From Curvularia clavata (lineage: Eukaryota): a stretch of DNA of 64,000 nt. The stretch lies in the NCBI GenBank assembly GCA_023920165.1, contig CP089275.1, positions 1,116,001-1,180,000 of the forward strand, in the 5' to 3' direction. Numbering within the stretch: the stretch's first letter is position 1; each line of letters begins with the position of its first letter. Position numbers and translations under genes: made by a program. Shown here one piece after another: positions 61,910 through 64,000 of this stretch. The notes under the pieces were generated by a model, which searched no databases, was not told where the DNA came from, and saw only the letters and a program-made list of their open reading frames with translations.

Positions 61910-63799
61910 TTACTGCGTATTGACCTCCATTTGCTCTCCACGAAGCCCTTCGTTCCATACTAAAGGATCCCACTGGTCGGCAACAGTGGAATTGAAGAAA
62001 ACTGGATCAGAAATAAACGGCGCGGAATCAAGCCACGTCACGTTCAGCTCCGTAGGAGCGTGCTGGTCCCACAACCTATCAACAACGTCCGCGTGTTGAG
62101 TAAGACAAATATCGCCGAGTTCCCAGCCGTATAGCTCTTTGTGCGAGCGTAACGAGTTTATTAGATCGCGTGCAAGAGATAGTGAAAGACTCTGGGTGGG
62201 TGATTCGAGGACAGGAAACTCCGTCTGCACCGCTAGGCGGAGAAGGAACGTGGTTGTAGATGACAATACGAATGCGGCTGTTGGTAGCCAAAAGTCCCAT
62301 AGCTGTTTAGTGGACAGCTCGTTCACAAAGAAGACAATATCTTCCGCTGATCGACGTGCTTCAAGCAGTCGCTCGCTAGACACCTGACCTAGCGGAATGT
62401 CTGCTTCCTCGACACTCAGGTCAAGACGAAGATTAAAAAACTTTAGTGCCAGATAACACAACCTGAGATTGGCTGTACCAGGGACATTCAAGTCAGAGCC
62501 TCTGACGAGGATTCGCCTAATATCCCCGGGTAACATATCAGTCCACGTGTTTAGATCAAGCAAAAGGTTACGTGCCAAGGCAGCGATATTTGCGCCTTCA
62601 CTAATGGTATATAGCTGCTCCAAGTAAGTTCCGAGGACGGTGCTGAGGCTAGCCAGAACCTCGAAAATCCTGCCTTGTTCGTCGGGAGACGTCCTCTTAG
62701 GAAGGGGCACATCATAATGGGTGTGGCAAATGTGTGGCGGTGTCCCATGTGTAAGACTTGTCCATCGATCGTGAATGACAAGGCAGTACCATACATTGAT
62801 GCGAAAAGTCTTTTCCTGATCTGTGATGTTCCAGGATACAGGATTCCTATGCAAGCCGAGGCTTTTGGCCAAGGAGATGGCAGAACCCAAAAGCATTCCG
62901 TTGCCTACCATCGTCGTGGTTGGACGACCTCCAATATTCAGCAATATGGAAATGATTGATGGCATGCCAGGTGAAATATGAAGTTCAGAGTAGAGAGCAT
63001 CCAATGCCAAGTTCCAGATGAAACGGCTATCTGGGCGACGACAGCTGCTCAGTCGCTCATCGGAGGGCCAGTAGCACATGGCATTAGCATACACACAGGC
63101 AAGTACAGCTGGCGAGGTGCGAGAGTATATGCTGTGCTGGGCAAAGAAGTCTTCGTGGAGTATGGGAAAACACGCGTTTCCTTTGGTGCAATAGACCATG
63201 AGCAATGTGTCTTGGTGAGGCTCCAAAAGCTTGACAATCATCTGCAGCTTGGCTGAGGAAGGGTTCGGGTCTATGGTCAAACCCACAGGCCTCTTCTTCA
63301 CGCGCATGAAGACAACAGGCGCCGACGCAGTGCCAGGCAACGCGGGTCGGATAGCCCGCTCTCCATGTGTTGCATGAATGCTAGACAGATAGTCTTGGAG
63401 AAAATGACTATCCGCAGCGGTGGCTGGGGCCACAATATGTGGGTTGTCCTCATCGTTGGCGTCGAATGGTACCTCTGGAGCCGCACCGAGGCACAGACTA
63501 GGAGATGTTGAAATGGTGGTGGAGTTGGTATTGACGGTGGACGGCTGGTCACGTGTTCGCATCGAAGCCTGAGATAACGACTGGGGAGAGTAACGCGATC
63601 TCTGCTCAGTCTGTCGGTCCCTTGATGCAGTCTGTGCTGAACCAGTCCGCGGCGGTCGGACGCACTGCGTCTGATGCGCTTTGCACATGAGGCAGACGTG
63701 CTCCGCCGGTTCATACTTGCAACGAGACTTCCGCCTGCGGCAAGGGTTGCACGCTGGCTGGTTTCGGTCCTTCACAACGCGGTGTGCAGGGGATTGCAT
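61910..63799 (-). CDS. Zn2Cys6 transcription factor with a Fungal_trans domain
   Basis: ACNPCRRRKSRC..CLMCKAHQTQC; LAKSLGLHRNP; VWYCLVIHDRWTSLTHGTP. Start set at MQSPAH; the ORF extends further upstream. Confidence 0.88.
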   Translation of the reverse strand: MQSPAHRVVKDRNQPACNPCRRRKSRCKYEPAEHVCLMCKAHQTQCVRPPRTGSAQTASRDRQTEQRSRYSPQSLSQASMRTRDQPSTVNTNSTTISTSPSLCLGAAPEVPFDANDEDNPHIVAPATAADSHFLQDYLSSIHATHGERAIRPALPGTASAPVVFMRVKKRPVGLTIDPNPSSAKLQMIVKLLEPHQDTLLMVYCTKGNACFPILHEDFFAQHSIYSRTSPAVLACVYANAMCYWPSDERLSSCRRPDSRFIWNLALDALYSELHISPGMPSIISILLNIGGRPTTTMVGNGMLLGSAISLAKSLGLHRNPVSWNITDQEKTFRINVWYCLVIHDRWTSLTHGTPPHICHTHYDVPLPKRTSPDEQGRIFEVLASLSTVLGTYLEQLYTISEGANIAALARNLLLDLNTWTDMLPGDIRRILVRGSDLNVPGTANLRLCYLALKFFNLRLDLSVEEADIPLGQVSSERLLEARRSAEDIVFFVNELSTKQLWDFWLPTAAFVLSSTTTFLLRLAVQTEFPVLESPTQSLSLSLARDLINSLRSHKELYGWELGDICLTQHADVVDRLWDQHAPTELNVTWLDSAPFISDPVFFNSTVADQWDPLVWNEGLRGEQMEVNTQ

Positions 63800-64000
63800 A
63801 CTTTTGGAGAGCTGCACAGACAACCAACAATTGGCCAGGTGGAGGGAGCGCGGAGCAAAACCTAGAGGAGTTCGAGGTGAAGAGTGGGCGGTAGAACTCC
63901 GCTCCGCGGGATTTGGTTGTGCGCGGCCCACGGATGGATTCACGTGCCTATCCACCCACTTCCAACCACGTATCTGGCAGCCACCAGGATCTAGTAGCGT

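Overview
A 64 kb gene-sparse, transposon-rich accessory region of a filamentous ascomycete, judged from short GT-AG introns with CTRAC/CTAAT branch sites and RIP-type TAA/TAG stops. Metabolic genes: two GSTs, a DSBA/FrnE-like thioredoxin, an SDR, a MAO-N-like amine oxidase with a permease and Zn2Cys6 regulator, a Fet4-like iron permease, and a dialkylglycine-decarboxylase-like aminotransferase with a Zn2Cys6 regulator. Immunity-like genes: a lipase-NACHT-ankyrin NLR with 13 highly conserved repeats, an F-box-ankyrin gene split by a pogo/Fot1 transposon, and ankyrin and WD40 relics. There is also a three-exon 71-aa secreted six-cysteine protein, several pseudogenes, solo LTRs with target-site duplications, and pogo, Tc1 and hAT relics. 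Two observations stand out. (1) One intact tRNA-Asp(GTC) gene at 43.6 kb is followed downstream by two same-strand copies lacking only their first 11-13 nt (22.0 and 11.8 kb), which resembles tandem tRNA-targeted island integration, although no recombinase is visible. (2) The 10 kb between the two truncated copies holds three paralogues of an unrecognised family (helical domain, conserved phase-1 intron, YGCPG-type double zinc finger); two are intact and one is decayed. All calls are by-eye translations and motif recognition; no database search was run.
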